Of a stretch of 64,000 nucleotides of DNA, positions 47,853 through 62,250 are shown in pieces. Made by a program: the position numbers and the translations under genes. How positions within the stretch are numbered: the first letter of the stretch is position 1; every line of letters begins with the position of its first letter. This stretch comes from Cetorhinus maximus (lineage: Eukaryota). The stretch covers positions 11,222,001-11,286,000 of the forward strand of contig NC_135911.1 in NCBI RefSeq assembly GCF_964194155.1, in the 5' to 3' direction. The notes under the pieces are model-generated. The model was not told the origin of the DNA, made no database searches, and worked only from the letters and a program-made list of their open reading frames with translations.

Positions 47853-48042
47853 TGTCCAGTAATGGAGATTGATTGTCCAGTAATGGTGATTGATTGTCCA
47901 GTAATGGTGATTGATTGTCCAGTAATGGTGATTGATTGTCCAGTAATGGAGATTGATTGTCCAGTAATGGTGATTGATTGTCCAGTAATGGTGATTGATT
48001 GTCCAGTAATGGTGATTGATTGTCCAGTAATGGTGATTGATT
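47853..48042. repeat. 21-bp VNTR x9
   Basis: Tandem 21-mers. Confidence 0.9.
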
Positions 48043-48248
48043 CAGGGTTTGTGCCTGGACAACGTATCAATACAGACCTGAGGTCAACAGCTACAAGCGT
48101 CTCTCCTTCCAGAATTCGCTTCTCAAATGAGGTCTTGAAGCTGATTCATGATTAGCCACGTCCGATTGCTGGGACTGTCACTTTAACCACATGTATAAAG
48201 AACAGGGGCTTCACTGGGATCATTACCTGCGCTGGGATAAGCTGTAAG
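48042..48248 (+). promoter_or_regulatory. Proximal promoter of copy D, TATAAA 48194-48199
   Basis: Same conserved block; TGTATAAA variant. Confidence 0.7.
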
Positions 48249-51200
48249 ATGCAGGCTTTCCTCTTCACCCTGCTCCTTGGAGCGGCAGGTATGATCACAG
48301 ATATACTGAAATGTGTGTGTGGGGGTCCACAAGCGTGGCTGCTTGTCTGGCAATGTCTCCTCTCCCTGGCTACCCATCCCCATTCCTTTCCCTGGCAACA
48401 GGCTGAGACTGAACCTGTCAGCTTGTAACCTCGGGGTCACATTTGACCCCCAGATTTGCTCACTGTCAAACCATTCCTATTTCCACCTCCGCAACATTGC
48501 CCAGCTTCACCCCGACCCCGTCTCCTCTCATCTCATCTACTGCTGAAACCCTCATCCAATCCAGCATTGCCCCCAGATGCGGCTATACCGACAAATCCCT
48601 GACTGTTCTCCCACGTTCCACCCTCCGGAAACTTGAGGTCATCCGAACCTCTGCTGCCCGTGTCTTAACTCGCAATGAGTCCCACTCACCTATCATCTCT
48701 GGTGCTCGCTGACCAGCATTGGCTCCTGGTTAGCATCATATTGACTTTTAAATTCCTCCAGCCCCTACAACCCTCCCTATCTCTGTAACCTCCTCCAGCC
48801 CCTACAACCCTCCCTATCTCTGTAACCTCCACCAGCCCCCTCAACCCTCCCTTTCTCTGTAACCTCCTCCAGCCCCTACAACACTCCCTATCTCTGTAAC
48901 CTCCTCCAGCACCTACAACCCTCCCTATCTCTGTAACCTCCTCCAGCCGCTACAACCCTCCCTTTCATTGTAACCTCCTTCAGCGCCTACAACCCTCCCT
49001 ATCCCTGTAACCTCCTCCAGGCCCTAAAAACCTCCCTATCTCACCTCCCTATCTCTGTAACCTCCTCCAGTCCCTACGACCCTCTGAGATCTCTGCTCTC
49101 CTCCAATTCCGGCCTCTTGACCATCCCCCGAATCCCATCGCTCCACCATTGGCGGCCGTGCCTTCAGCTTTCTGGGGCCCTAAGCTCTGAAAATCCCTCC
49201 CTAAACCTCTCCACCTCTCTCTCTCTCTCTTTCTCACTCTCTCCCTCCTCCTTTAAAACGCTCTTAAAATCCAATCATTATGACTAAACATTTGGCTGCC
49301 TGTCCCTGATGTCTCTTTATGTGACTCAGCGAGATACTTTGTTTGATAATCAACCCTGTGAAGCTGTTTCATTATGTTAAAGGCACTATAGAAACGTAAG
49401 ATGTTGTTGTTGCTAAGTGTCTGTGTGTGTGCATATGCGAGCGTGTGTATGTGTGTGAGTGTGTGTATTTATGTGTGTGTGTCTGTGTATGTGTACATGT
49501 ACAGGTGTGGATGTGTGTATTTGTGTGTGTGTATGAGATTGTGTGTATGTATTTGTGAGAGAATGGATGTGTGTTTGTGTGTGCGTGTACATTTGTGAGT
49601 GTGTGTGTGTTTGTGTGCGTGTGTCTGAATGTAAGTATGTACGTGTGTGTATGAGTGAGTGTCCATGTGTCTATGTGTATGAGTGTGTGTATATGTGTGT
49701 GTGTCCGTGTATGTGCCTGCACGTGTGAGACTGGGTGTGTGTGTTTGTGTGTGAGTGTGATTGTGTCATTATTTGTGTGTGACTGTCACTCTGTGTGTTT
49801 AAGTGTGTGTATTTGTGTGTTTGTGACTGTGTGTAAATGTGTGTACTTGTGTGTGTGTGACAGTGTGTAAGTGTATGTATTGTGAGTGGGTGTGTCTCAG
49901 AGTGTGTATGTGAGTGTGACTGCGTGTGTGCGTGTGTGTGTGTTAACTTATGTGTGAGTGTGACTGTGTGTGTTTGTCTGTGTGTAAGTGTGTGTATTTG
50001 CACGTGTGTGTGACTGCGTGCATGTGTGTATGTAGTTGTGTGTGTTTGTGTCTTTGTGTGAATGTGTCTGTGTGACTGTGTGTGTGCGACTGTGTGTGAG
50101 TGTGAGTATTTGTGTGTACGTGATTGCGTGCCTGTGCGTGTGTGTGTGACTGTGTGTATGTGTGTGACTGTGTGTATGTGTGTGACTGTCTGTGTGACTG
50201 TGTGTGTGTGTGACTGTGTGTGTGTGTGACTGTGGGTGTGTGCGTATTTGTGTGTCTGTGCGTATTTGTGTGTCTGTGCGTATTTGTGTGACTGTGCGTA
50301 TTTGTGTGAGTGTGTGTATTTGTGTGACTGTGTGCATGTGTGTGACTGTGTGTATGTGTGTGTGTGTAAGTATGTGTGTGATTTTGTAAGTGTGTGTATT
50401 TGTGTTTGTGTGATTGTGTGTAAGCGTGTATGTGTGTGTGACTGCGTAAGTGTGTGTGTGTTTGTGTGTGATTGTGTGTAAGTGTGTGTGTGTGACTGTG
50501 GGTGCGTGTGTGCAATCAGATGATGACCCTCACTCTCTGTATTTTTCTTTACTCAGCTGCTGCTCCTGCGAATGTGAAGATCATTAACGGCCAGAATTGT
50601 TATCCTCACTCTATGCCCTGGCAGGTTTTTCTGACCTATAATGGGAATCGCTGGTGTGGGGGCTCCCTGATAAACGACCGGTGGATAGTGTCAGCTGCTC
50701 ATTGTTACCAACCGTAAGTCCAGAGATGATCACAGCAACAAGCAAACATAAAAACATACACAAACATACAAACATACACAAACATGCAAATGTCCACAAA
50801 CATAAATACAAACATACACAAACAAACATACATAAACATACAGACACTCACAAACATACATACAAACATACATAAACATACAAACACTCACAAACATACA
50901 TACATACATACACAGACATACAATCACAAACATACACAAGCATCCATACATGCAAACAAAGACAAACATACAAACATACATACATAAACACACAGACACT
51001 CACAAACATACATACAAACATACATAAACATACAAACACTCACAAACTTACATACATACACAGACATACACCCACAAACATACACAAGCATGCATACATG
51101 CATAGACAAACATACAAACATACTCAAACATACATAAAAGCGTACACAAACATACAAACATACATACAAGCATGCACAAACATGCAAACATGCACAAACG

Positions 51201-54200
51201 TACGAACACTCACAAACATGCACAAATATAGAAACATAGACAAACATACATACAAACATACACAAATGTACACAAACATACAAACACACACGAATATAGA
51301 CAAACATACATACAAGCATACACAAACATACGAACACTCACAAACACACACAAACACACACAAACATACAAACATAGACAAACATACATACAAACATATA
51401 CAATCATACACAGATCAACACTGAATGATACAGAGACAAAAACATGAACATACAGATGACCAAGCATACAATCTTACAGCGCACACATATAAACAATGAT
51501 GGAGTAATAAGGGTTCTCTTGCAGACATTTCTCATACTTTCTGTATCACAATATGTGCACTCACCCTCCAAAAACGCTATATAGAAACTTCATCATCCCC
51601 CAAAAACCTCCAGAAAAAGGCTAAACTCCAGATGACTAATGCCCGGGTAGTGTGGGGGCAGTTTGACACTGGCCTCCTCTACATTCTTTTCTTATTCTTG
51701 TTGGCAAGAAGGACCCAAAATTAATGATTAAAACAGGGGTCAAAGTGAAAGGAAGGAGCAAGCCAAAGAGGAGCAGCAGATACAAAACACGGGCTTCAGC
51801 CTCAGCTGGAGGATTGTGTCCAGCTCTGGGCACCACACTTTAGGAAGGATGTGAAGGCATTAGAGAGAGAGCAGTAAGGATTCATGAGAATGGATCCAGG
51901 GATGAGGAACTTCAGTTAATGTGGAGAGAGTGGAGGAGCTGGGACTGTTCTCCTTAGGGGATATGTATGTTTGTATGTATGTTTGTGTATGTTTGTATGT
52001 TTGTGTATTTTGTATGTTTGTGTATGTTTGTATGTATGTCTTTCCTTGGAGAAGAGAAGGTCGAGAGGAGGTTTGATAGAGGGGTTCAAAATCACGAGGG
52101 TTCTGGACTGGGTAGAGAGGGAGAAACCGTTCCCATTGGGGGGAAGGATCGAGAACCAGAGGGGCACAGATTTAAGGGGATTAGTAAAAGAAGCAACGGA
52201 GACATGAGGAGAAACTTTTTCACCCTGCGAGTGGCTAGGATCTGGAATGCACTGCCCGAGAGTTTGAGGGAGGCAGGTTCAATCGAGGCTTTCGAAAGGG
52301 AATCAGGTTGTTATCCGAAGGGGAAACATTTGCAGGGTTACGGGGAAAGGACAGGGGGGATGGGTTTAGGTGAGTTGCTCTTTCAGAGAGCAGACAGGGA
52401 CACGACGGGCTGAATGGCCTCCAGCTGCGCGATAACCATTCGGCGGCTTCCGGGAAACAGGAAGTGGGGAAATGACAGTGTTGAGCACTTCTCCTCTGAT
52501 TGCCCAGGGCCAGCATCCTCGTGGCGCATCTGGGCGAACACAACCTCTCTCACCCCGAGGGGACGGAGCAGCGAATCCAAGTGGCCTCGGCCATCGTGCA
52601 CCCCAGGTTCGACCACACGAACTTCAACAACGACATCATGCTGCTCAAACTCGCCTGGCCCGCCAAATTCAACCGGTACGTCAGACCCATCCCTCTGCCC
52701 AGCCAGTGTGCAACAGCCGGGACTGGATGCATCACCTCTGGCTGGGGGACACTCGTGATTAACGGAGGTAAGGAGGGCCGGGGTGGTGAGGGGTTGGTGG
52801 AGGGGGGAGTGGGAAGGCGAGTTGGGGTTGGGGGCTGTTGGTTAGAACCTGAATGAATACTGCGCTGGTTTGAGGGGATGGTGGGTGGGAGGGCAGTGGG
52901 GGGTGTTGGAATGTGCGATCAAGCAATAATACTTCACTTTCCAGGCATAACTGAAATGTAGACATCACTGCTCCCTGGAGACCTGTCCCAGCTTTGGAGA
53001 CAATTGCAGACATTTACTAGAAATGTGCCGGCTCTTTGAAGGATCTATCTAATGAGTCCCCACTCTCCCCCTGCTCTTTCCCACATAGCCCTATAATTTC
53101 CCTCCCTTCAAGTATTTCTCCAATTCCCCCTTTGGAAAGTTCCTATTGAATCTGCTTCCACCGCCCTTTCAGGCAGCGCCTTCCAGATCACAACAACTCG
53201 CTGTGTCAAAAAAAATAATTCTCCTCATCTCCCCCTCTGGTTCTTTTCCCGATTCTCTTCAATCTGTGTCCCTCTGGTTACCGACCCTCCTGCCGCTGGA
53301 AACACTTTCTCCTGATTGACTCTATCCAAAGCCCACATGATTTTGAACATCTCAATTCAATCTCCCCCTTAACCTTCTCTGCTCTAAGGAGAACAATCCC
53401 AGCTACTCCAGTCTCTCCACATTTGTCCCAAAACCTGTGCTCACAGCCCAACACCCAGAACCAATTAAGCTTGATTTTAGCAACAACACCTTTGTTTTTA
53501 AATCCCTCCATGGCTTTTCCCTCCCTATCTTTGTAATCTCCTCCAGCCCCTACAACCATCATGATCTCTGTAACCTCCTCCATGCCTACAACCCTATCTC
53601 TGTAATCGCCTCCAGCCCCTACAACACCATCTCTGTAACCTCCTCAAGCCCCTACAACCATCCTGATCTCTGTAACCTCCTCCAGCACCTACCACACTCC
53701 CTATCACCGTAACCTCCTCCAACCCCTACAACCCTCCCTATCTCTGTAATCTCCTCCAGCCCCTACCACCCTCCCTATCTCTGTAACCCCCTCCAGCCAC
53801 TACATCCCCATTTCAATAACCTCCTCAAGCCCCTACAACCCTACCTATTTCTGTAACCTCCTCCAGCCCCTACCACACTCCCTATATCCGTAGCCTCCTC
53901 CAGCCGCTACAACACTCCCAACAACAACTTTGTTTTTGAATCCCTCCATGGCTTTTCCCTCCCTATCTTTGTAACCTCCTCCAGCCCTTACAACCATCCT
54001 GATCTTTTGTAACCTCCTCCAGGCCCTACCACACTCCCTATCTCTGTAACCTCCTCCAGCCCCATCAACCCTCCCTATCTCTGTAACCTCCTCCAGCCCC
54101 TACCACCCTCCCTATCTCTGTAACCTCCTCCAGCCACTACATCCGCATTTCTGTAACCTCCTCCAGCCCGTACAATCCTCCCTATTTCTGTAACCTCCTC

Positions 54201-56698
54201 CAGCCCCTACAACCCTCCCTATCTCTGCAGCCTCCTCCAGCCGCTACAACCCACCCTATCTCTGTAACCTCCTCCAGCCCCTACAACCCTCCCTATCTCT
54301 GTAACCTCCTCCAGCCCCTACAACCCTCCCTATCTCTGCAACCTCCTCCAGCCCTTACAACTTTCTCTTTCTCTGTAACCTCCTCCAGCCCCTACAACCC
54401 TCCCTATCTGTGTAACCTCCTCCAACCCCTACAACCCTCCCTATCCCTGTAACCTCCTCCAGCCCCTACAACCCTCCATTTCTCTGTAACCTCCTCCAAC
54501 CCCTACAACCCTCCCTTTCTCTGTAACCTCCTCCAACCCCAACAATCCGCCGAGATCTCTGCTCTCCTCCAATTCCGCCTTCTCGAGCATCCCCCGATTC
54601 CCATCGCTCCACCATTGGCGGCCGTGCCTTCACCTGCCTGGGGGCCCTAATCTCTGGAATTCCCTCCCTAAACCTCTCCGCCTCTCTCTTGTTCTCCCCC
54701 TTTAAAATACTCCTTAAAACGGACCCCTTCAACTGAGCTTTGGGTCATCTGTCCCTAATATCTCCTTCTGTAGCCCGATGCCAAATTTAGCTTGTTCATG
54801 CTCTTGTTTTATAAAGTTAACAGTTCTATATAAATTCAAGTATGCTGTTGTTATTAAGGTGGTGTTAATAGCAGTCTACACATGGGCACAATGAGTTATT
54901 CTGCTGCTGATTAAGTTGGCCTGTCCCTTTAACAGGGCAACCTCTCATTGATCGAAATGCTGAGCTCATTCAGAGTTCAATTGCCGATTGGCAAATGCCT
55001 GTCAATTTAATCCCTTCTACCTCAAGGGATGTCCCACTGCCAATTGCACATTGTCAGTTCTCTAGACGGCCACCAGTGTTTCATATTGAGCTCTCCTTCT
55101 CCTGGCCACGAGGTTCTTCGCCACCCTGACTACAGTAACCCAACATCTCTTTGTGTCTTGGCGAGCAGACCTGGATTCAATGCCCAGTGTATGCTTTAAC
55201 CAGAGCTCTGTACACAACACTCAGTAAGCAAGACTATTGATTAAGTCGCTTGCACGTGGAGGGAGGAGAGTCACGTTTGGATCGGACTGTGCTGACTCAT
55301 TTCTTTCCCCTTCAGTACAATATCCCGAAGTCCTACAGTGCCTGAATCAGCCCATCCTGCCTGATGCTGATTGCCGCAATGCTTATCCACCCTACTTCAC
55401 CGACAACATGTTCTGCTCAGGATACTGGGAGGGAGGACAGAGCACATGCCAGGTAAGAGTGGCCCGACAGGGTGAGACCGAATGCATCAAACCATGAGCG
55501 ATAGGAAGTGCCTCAAGCTGAGAGACAGGGGTTACCTCTCCCTGAGGGATGGGGAATGTCTGAATTTGAGGGTGCGTAGAAGCAGAAGGATGCTATTTGG
55601 CCCTTTTATCCTTCTGACAGTGCAGCACTCCCTCAGTACTGACCCTCTGACAGTAAAGCACTCCCTCAGTACTGACCCTCCGACAGTGCAGCACTCCCTC
55701 AGTACTGACCCTCTGACAGTAAAGCACTCCCTCAGTACTGAACCTCCGACAGTGCAGCGCTCACTCGGTAATGACCCTCTGACAGTGCAGCACTCCCTCA
55801 GTGCTGACCCTCTGACAGTGCAGCACTCCCTCAGTACTGACTCTCCGACAGTGCAGCGCTCCCTCAGTACTGACCCTCTGACTGTGCATTGCTCCCTCAG
55901 TATTGTCCAGCTAACAGTGCAGCACTAACACAATAATGACTCTCCAACCTTGCAGCACTCCCTCAGTATTGACCCTCCAACAGTGCAGCGCTCCCTCAGT
56001 ACTGACCCTCCGACAGTGCAGCACTCCCTCAGTACTGACCCTCCAACAGTGCAGCACTCCCTCAGCACTGACCCTCCGACAGTGCAGCGCTCCCTCAGCA
56101 CTGACCCTCCGACAGTGCAGCACTCCCTCAGTACTGACCCTCCGACAGTGCAGCACTCCCTCAGCACTGACCCTCCGACAGTGCAGCGCTCCCTCAGCAC
56201 TGACCCTCCGACAGTGCAGCACTCCCTCAGCACTGACCCTCCGACAGTGCAGCGCTCCCTCAGTACTGACCCTCTGACAGTGCAGCACTCCCTCAGTACT
56301 GACCCTCCGACAGTGCAGCACTCCCTCAGTACTGACCCTTCGACAGTGCAGCACTCCCTAAGCACTGAGCCTTGTCCTTTGGGGCTCTGGACTGGTACTC
56401 AGACCCGTAACCTCCTGATTGTGCGGACAGAGTACCACCCAGCGAGCTCGGGTCCCACACCGGGATCCCGGGGGAGCTACGGATGACCATCCGATTATCA
56501 CTTTGTCTATCTCACTCCGAATTACACTCCATGTCTTTTTTGCTGCAGGGAGACTCAGGGGGACCTGTGGTCTGTAATGGGGAGCTACAAGGCATTACTT
56601 CCTGGGGATACGACTGTGCTATGGAGGATCATCCCAGCGTCTTTGTGAAAGTTTGTAACTACAACAACTGGATCCAAAGGGTCATGGCTGAAAACTGA
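48249..56698 (+). CDS. Trypsin-family serine protease, copy D; join(48249..48288,50557..50713,52508..52767,55316..55452,56549..56698)
   Basis: Five exons with canonical splice sites, intact frame and triad. Variants NDRW, DHTN, KFNR, CRNA, GYWEGG. Confidence 0.95.
55612..56368. repeat. 33-bp minisatellite, intron 4 of D
   Basis: Period 33. Confidence 0.9.
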
Positions 56699-56759
56699 GC
56701 GGAGAATCCTAACCCTGAAACTACCTGCAATGAGGGAAAGGAAAATGTTGCAAGTTCCC

Positions 56760-56765
56760 AATAAA
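56760..56765 (+). terminator. Polyadenylation signal, copy D
   Basis: AATAAA at the homologous position. Confidence 0.75.
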
Positions 56766-57289
56766 GATTGATTGTCAAGTTGTGTTGCATTTGGATTCTT
56801 TTTTTGCTACATCTCTTTTGGAACGTGCAGAATCCCACATACATCCCCTCGCTGTCTCCAGACTGTAACTATTCCAACATTCCTCTCGGCAATCTGCTTT
56901 CCTCAGAGGGATGTCAGAAATAGGAGCAGGAGGAGGCCATTCAGCCCCTCGAGCCTCCCTCCCCCATTCTATACGATCATGGCTGATACTCGACCTCGAC
57001 TCCGCTTTCCCTCCTTATCGCTTAGCGCCCAAAAATCTATCCATCTCCGTCTTGAATGGATTCAGCGATGGAGCATCCACAGCTCTCTGGGGGAGAGAAT
57101 TCCAAAGATTTCTCCTTCCGTAAACTTAAACACATCCAAAAATCTGCTGTCCCCGTGTCTTAACACACACAAAGTCTCGTGTACCCAGCAGCCCCTGTTG
57201 CTCGCTGATCTACATTGGCTCCTGGTCGGGCAACACATCGATTTTATAATCCCCATCCTGCTTTTCAAATCCTTCCATGGCCTCCTCAC

Positions 57290-60200
57290 CTCCTCCCTAT
57301 CTCTGAACCTTCCTCCAGCCCCTACAACCCTCCCTATCTCTGAAACCTCCTCCAGCACCTACAACCCTCCCTAACTCTGTAATAACCTCCAACCCATAAA
57401 ACCCTCGTTATATCTGTAACCTCCTCAAGCCCCTACAACTCTCCCAATCTCTGTAACATCCTCCAGACCCCTACAAACAACCCTATCTATATAACAACCC
57501 CCAGACTCCAAAAGCCCTCCCTATCTCTGTAACCTACTCCAGCACCTACAACTCTTCCTAACTCTGTAACCTCCTCAAGCACCTACCACCCTCCCTATCT
57601 CTGTAACCACCTCGAGCACCTACAGCCCTCCCCATCTCTGTAACCTACTCCAGCCTCTAAAACAATCCCTATCTCTGTAACCTCCTCCAACACCTACAAC
57701 ACTCCCGATCTCTCCAACTTCCTCCCGCCCCTACAATCGTCCCTATCTTGGTAACCTCGTACAGCACCTACAACCCTCCCAATCTCTGTAACCTCCTCCA
57801 GCCCCTACAACACTCCCTATCTCCGTAAACACCTCCAGACCCTAAAACCCTCCCTATCTCTGTAACCTCCTCCAGCACCTACAACCATCCCTATCACTCC
57901 AACCTCCTCGAGGCCCAACAAAATTCCCCATCTTTGTAAGCTCCTCCATCCCCTACAACCCGCCCCATCTCTGTAACCTCCTCCAGCCCCTACAACCCTC
58001 CCTATTTCTGTAACCTCCTCCAGCACCTACAAACCTCCCTATGTCACCAACTTACTCCTGCACCTACAACCCTACCTATCTCTATAACCTCCTCCAACCC
58101 TACAACCCTCCCCATCTCTGTGACTTCCTCCAGCCCCTACAATCCTCACTATCTCTGTAACTTCCTGCAGCCCCTACAACACTTCCTATCTCTGTAACCT
58201 CCTCCAGCCCCTACAACCCTCCCTATCTCTGTAACCTCCTTGAGCCCCAACAAAACTCCCCACCTCTGTGAACTCCTCCAGACCCTACAACCCTCCCCAG
58301 CCCTGTAACCTCCTCCATCCCCTACAACCCTCCCTATCTCTGTAATCTCCTCCAGCCCCTACAATACTCCCCGTTTCCCCAGTACTGGTGCCAGACCCCA
58401 TGAATAGAAACCCAATTCTCCCACGCAAATCTTACAGCCACACAGACATACAAACACACTGACATAAGTACAATCAGAATAAACTTCTCCAGCCCTTACA
58501 ACATTCCCTGTCTCTGTAAACTCCTCCAACCTCTACAACACTCCCTATCTCTGTAAATTCCTCCAGCCCCTACAACACTCTCCATCTGTAACCTCCTCAA
58601 CCCCTACAAAACTCCCTATCTCTGTAACCTCCACCCGACACTAAAACACTCCATATCTCTGTAAACTCCTGCAGCCGCTACAACCCTCCCTATCTCTGTA
58701 ACATCATCCAGCACCTACAAACCTCACTATCTCTTCAACCTCCTCCAGCCCCTACAACACTCCCCATCTCTGTAACCTCCTCGAACACCCACAACCATCC
58801 CTATCTCTGTTACTTCCTCCAGCACCTGCAACCCTCCCTATCTCTGTAACATCCTCCAGCCCCTACAACCATCCCCATCTCTGTAACCTCCTCCAGCAGC
58901 TCAAGCATCCCCATCTCTGTGAACACCTCCAGTCCCTACAACCCTCCCAATCTCTGTGACCTCCTCTAGTCCCTACAACCCTCCCTATCGCTGTAACCTC
59001 CTCCAGCCCCTACAACCTGCCTTATCTCTGTCACCTTCTCCAGCCCCTTCAAACCTTCCGATCTCTGTAACCTCCTCCAGCCCCTACATCCGTCCTTATC
59101 TCTGTAACCTCCTCTAGCCCCAACATCCCTCCCCATCTCTGTAACCTCCTCCAGCCACTACAATTCTCCTTATCTTTGTAACATCCTCCAGACACCACAA
59201 CCCTCCCTATCTCTGTAACCTCCTCCAGCACCTACAACAAATCCCATCTCTGTAACCTCCTCCAGCCACGACAATTCTCCCTATCTCTGTAACCACCTCC
59301 AGCACCTACAACCCTCCCCATCTCTGTAAACTCCTCCAGCCCCTACAACCCTTCCTATCGCTGTAACCTCCTCCAGTCCCTACAATCCTCCCTATCTCTG
59401 TAACATCCTCCAGCCCCTACAATCCTCCCTATCTCTGTAACATCCTCCAGCCCCTACAATCCTCCCCATCTCTGTGAACTCCTCCAGCCCGTACAAGCCT
59501 CCCGATCGCTGTAACCTTCTCTAGCCCCTACAACACTCCCTATCTCTGTAAACTCTTCCAGCCCTTACAACACTCACTATCTCTGCAACCTCCTCTGGCC
59601 CCTACAACACTCTCTATCTCTGTAACCTCCTCCAGCTCCTACAACCCTCCCCATCTCTGTGAACACCTCCAGCCCCTAAAACTCTCCCCATATCAGTGAC
59701 CTCCTCCAGCCCCTACAACACTCCCTATCTCTGTAGCCTCCTACAGGCCTTACAACAATCCCTATCTCTGCAACCTCTTCCAGCCCCGACATCCGTCCGC
59801 ATGTCTGTAACCTCATCCAGACCCTGCACCCCTCCCTATCTCTGTAACCTCCTCCAGCCCTATGAACCTCCCTATCTCTGTAAACTCCTCCAGCCCCTAC
59901 AACACTCCCCATCTCTGTAACCTCCTACAGCATTAACAATTCTCCTTATCTTTGTAACCGCCTCCAGACCCTACAACCCTCCATATCTCAATAACCCCCT
60001 ACAGCCTCGACAACACTGCATTTCTCTGCAACCTACTCCAGCCCAAACAACCCGCCGTAACTCTGTAACCTCCTCCAGCACCTACAACACTCACTAACAT
60101 CCAAATTCCACCCGCCCCTAAAACCCAACCTATCTCTATAACCTCCTCCAGCCCCTACAACACTCTCCATCTGTAAACTCCTCTAGCCCCTATAACACTC

Positions 60201-61352
60201 CCTATCTCTGTAACCTCCACCCACCACTAAAACACTCCATATCTCAGTAAACTCCTGCAGCCGCTACAACCCAACCTATCTCTGTAACCTCATCCAGCAC
60301 CTACAAACCTCCCTATCTCTTCAAACTCCTCCAGCCCCTACAAAACTCCCCATCTCTGTAACCTCCTCGAACCCCGAAAACCCACCCTATCTCTGTAACC
60401 TCCTCCAGCAGCTCAAGCTTCCCCATCTCTGTGAACAACTCCAGCCCCTACCACATTCCCAATCTCTGTGACCTCCTCTAGTCCATACAACCCTGCCTAT
60501 TGCTGTAACCTTCTCCAGCCCCTACAACCTGACTTATCTCTGTAACCTCCTCCAGCCCCTTCAAACCTCCCTATCTCTGTAACCTCCTCCAGCCCCTACA
60601 TCCCTCCCCATCTCTGTAACCTCCTCCAGCCACTACAATTCTCCTTATCTTTGTAACATCCTCCAGACCCCACAACCCTCCCTATCTCTGTAACCTCCTC
60701 CAGCCCCTACAACACTCCCTATCTCTGTATCCTACTCCAACCCCAACAACTCAACCTATCTCTATAACCTCCTCCAGCAACTACAACAAGCCCCATCTCT
60801 GTAACCTCCGCCAGCCCCTACAACACTCCCTATCTCTGAACCTTCCTCCAGACCCTACAAAACTCCCTATCTCTGAAACCTCCTACAGCCCCTACAACCC
60901 TCCCTAACTCTGTAATAACCTCCAACCCATGCAACCCTCGTGATATCTGTAACCTCCTCAAGCCCCTACAACTCTCCCAATCTCTGTAACATCCTCCAGA
61001 CCCCTACAAACAACCCTATCTATATAACCACACCCAGACTCCAACAGCCCTCCCTATCTCTGTAGCCTACTCCAGCACCTACAACTGACCCTAACTCTGT
61101 AACCTCCACAAACACCTACCACCCTCCCTATCTCTGTAACCTCCTCGAGCACCTACAACCTTCCCCATCTCTGTAACCTTCTCCAGCCCCTACAACCCTC
61201 CCTATCTCTGTAACCTCCTCCAGCCCCGACAAACGTCCCCACCTTTGTGAACTCCTCCAGTCCCTACAACCCTCCGTAGCCCTGTAACCTCCTCCAGCCC
61301 CTACAACCCTCCCTATCTCTGTAACCTCCTCCAGCCCCTACAACCCTCCCCG
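57290..61352. repeat. 37-bp minisatellite array (~4 kb) with an embedded broken upstream module at 58370-58480
   Basis: Tandem diverged units. Confidence 0.92.
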
Positions 61353-61772
61353 TTTCCCCAGTACTGGTGCCAGACTCCATGAATAGAAACCCAATTCTCC
61401 CACACAAATCTTATGGCCACACAGTCATACAAACATACTGACATAAGTACAATCAGAGGACTCCAGCCTAAGGGCTGTGACCGCCTCTGGGGACAACACA
61501 ATCCAGGTGACCACACCTCTCCACCTCCTGCACCCTAGATGCATCGCAGAGTCCAAAGCCCGGACTCCAGCTCATTAGTCTCTGAGCTGGAGTTCCTCGA
61601 GCTGCGGACACTCACGGTAGATGTGTCACACAGGGACCCTCTATCCCTTGTGGGCTGCACCTATTTGCCTCATCACATCCCCGCCAAGCACCGCGGTGGG
61701 GGGGAACTTATACTGTGTCCAAGGCGCTATCGGAATGCAAGTTTCTGTCGTAATTGGCGTATAGGGTGGACG

Positions 61773-62004
61773 TGTCCAGTAATGGAGATTGATTGTCCAG
61801 TAATGGTGATTGATTGTCCAGTAATGGAGATTGATTGTCCAGTAATGGTGATTGATTGTCCAGTAATGGTGATTGATTGTCCAGTAATGGAGATTGATTG
61901 TCCAGTAATGGAGATTGATTGTCCAGTAATGGTGATTGATTATCCAGTAATGGTGATTGATTGTCCAGTAATGGTGATTGATTGTCCAGTAATGGTGATT
62001 GATT
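61773..62004. repeat. 21-bp VNTR x11
   Basis: Tandem 21-mers. Confidence 0.9.
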
Positions 62005-62210
62005 CAGGGTTTGTGCCTGGACAACGTATCAATACAGACCTGAGGTCAACAGCTACAAGCATCTCTCCTTCTAGAATTCGCTTCTCAATTGAAGTCTTGA
62101 AGCTGATTAATGATTAGACACGTCCAATTGCTGGGACTGTCACTTTAACCACAAATATAAAGGACAGGGGCTTCACTGGGATCATTCCCTGCGCTGGGAT
62201 AAGCTGTAAG

Positions 62211-62250
62211 ATGCAGGCTTTCCTCTTCACCCTGCTCCTGGGAGCGGCAG
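62211..62250 (+). CDS. Exon 1 (signal peptide) of a further protease copy E; the rest of the gene, if present, lies beyond the window
   Basis: ATGCAGGCTTTC...GCGGCAG|GTATGA, TATAAA at 62156-62161, followed by the usual intron-1 L2 and a 37-bp array running to the window end. Confidence 0.7.

Noticed and set aside
55482-56486. [11 protein letters not shown] mucin-like repeat ORFs
   Set aside because: 33-bp intronic minisatellite between canonical exon 4 and exon 5 splice sites.
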